This document shows, piece after piece, positions 62,828 to 64,000 of a stretch of 64,000 bases of DNA. The translations under genes were made by a program, and so were the position numbers. The first letter of the stretch is position 1; every line of letters begins with the position of its first letter. The DNA is from Thermoanaerobaculia bacterium (GTDB taxonomy: Bacteria; Acidobacteriota; Thermoanaerobaculia; UBA5066). A model generated the notes under the pieces. It saw nothing but the letters and a program-made list of their open reading frames with translations, was not told the DNA's origin and did no database searches. The stretch covers positions 1 to 64,000 of the forward strand of contig JBBRRY010000017.1 in the NCBI GenBank assembly GCA_038245905.1. Reading direction: 5' to 3'.

Positions 62828-64000
62828 TGATTTCGGAGCTGCCCGGCCACGTGGGCGAGACCGTCCGCCTCAAGGGGTGGCTCTACAACTGGCGCAAGGG
62901 CGGGAAGATCTGGTTCCTCGTGCTGCGCGACGGCAGCGGATATCTCCAATGCGTCGTCTCGAAGGCGGATGTCGCGGAGGCCGTCTGGGAGGCCGCGACG
63001 AGCGCGACCCAGGAGTCCACGCTCGAAGTGACCGGCGTCGTGAAGTCAGACGCGCGCTCGGTAGGCGGCGTCGAGCTGGGCGTCGCGGACGTAAAGATCC
63101 TCGACCTCTGCCACGACTGGCCGATCACGCCGAAGGAGCATGGCGTCGACTTCCTCATGTCGCAGCGCCACCTCTGGCTGCGCTCGTCGAGGCAGGTCGC
63201 CGTCCTCAAGGTTCGGAGCGAAGTCGAGAGCGCGATCCACGACTTTTTCTATTCGCGCGGTTTCACGCGCCTCGATTCGCCCATCCTGACGCCGGCGGCG
63301 TGCGAGGGCACGTCGAACCTGTTCGAAACGCAGTACACGGAGGACGAGAAGGCCTATCTTTCGCAATCCGGCCAGCTCTACCTCGAGCCCGCGGCCGCCG
63401 CGCTCGGGAAGGTCTACTGCTTCGGGCCGACGTTCCGGGCCGAGAAGTCCAAGACGCGCCGGCACCTGCGCGAGTTCTGGATGGTCGAGCCCGAGGTCGC
63501 TTTTCTCGAGATCGAAGGGCTGATGGACCTCGCCGAGGAGTTCGTCAAGGAGCTCACGGCCCGCGTTCTCGACCGCCGGAAGGAAGATCTCAAGCGGCTC
63601 GAGCGCGACGTCGCGAAGCTCGAGGTCGTCACGGCGAAGAAGTTTCCGCGTATCTCCTATCGCGAGGCGGTCGAGATCCTCCAGAAGAAGGGCTTCCCGG
63701 TGAAGTTCGGTGACGACCTCGGCGGAGACGAAGAGACCGCGCTCACCGAGGGTTTCGACACACCGGTCATGGTCACGCGCTACCCGACGTCCATCAAGGC
63801 GTTCTACATGCAGCCCGATCCGGAGGATCCCGAGGTCGTGCTCGGGCTCGACATGCTCGCGCCCGAGGGCTACGGCGAGATCATCGGCGGGTCGCAGCGC
63901 ATCCATGACCACGATCTCCTGCTCTCGCGCATCCAGCAGCACAACCTGCCGCTCGAGGCCTTCCAGTGGTACCTCGACGTCCGGAAGTACGGCACCTTCC
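62827..64000 (+). CDS. asnS: Asparagine--tRNA ligase (partial, runs off the window)
   Basis: Manual translation: [57 protein letters not shown]. Confidence 0.95.
   Translation, partial: MISELPGHVGETVRLKGWLYNWRKGGKIWFLVLRDGSGYLQCVVSKADVAEAVWEAATSATQESTLEVTGVVKSDARSVGGVELGVADVKILDLCHDWPITPKEHGVDFLMSQRHLWLRSSRQVAVLKVRSEVESAIHDFFYSRGFTRLDSPILTPAACEGTSNLFETQYTEDEKAYLSQSGQLYLEPAAAALGKVYCFGPTFRAEKSKTRRHLREFWMVEPEVAFLEIEGLMDLAEEFVKELTARVLDRRKEDLKRLERDVAKLEVVTAKKFPRISYREAVEILQKKGFPVKFGDDLGGDEETALTEGFDTPVMVTRYPTSIKAFYMQPDPEDPEVVLGLDMLAPEGYGEIIGGSQRIHDHDLLLSRIQQHNLPLEAFQWYLDVRKYGTF

Overview
High-GC bacterial chromosome window, probably Acidobacteriota (inferred from the RpoA N-terminus MLWKGFQRP and gene order). 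From left to right it holds: a probable IS right end; a collapsed cytochrome P450 pseudogene; a squalene/phytoene synthase; the full str-S10-spc-alpha ribosomal superoperon (rpsL to rplQ); acpS, def and cysS; a merged aroDE-his-trp operon with several gene fusions; rodZ; signalling and repair genes; and a partial asnS. Two features stand out. (1) An unannotated 13-codon leader peptide MIFVARHWHVHHT with terminator and antiterminator, a candidate joint His+Trp attenuator for the merged operon. (2) About 20 copies of a dispersed, AT-richer motif (consensus near CCCCTCTTACCTTCTAAGAAATCTTC). Most copies lie inside housekeeping genes, in both orientations and several reading frames, and often form inverted pairs. 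Also notable: a non-canonical EF-Tu switch I, an insertion in the L22 tunnel hairpin, Lys/Ala tails on many r-proteins, structured intergenic segments and many apparently leaderless promoters. All calls were made by eye; no searches were run.
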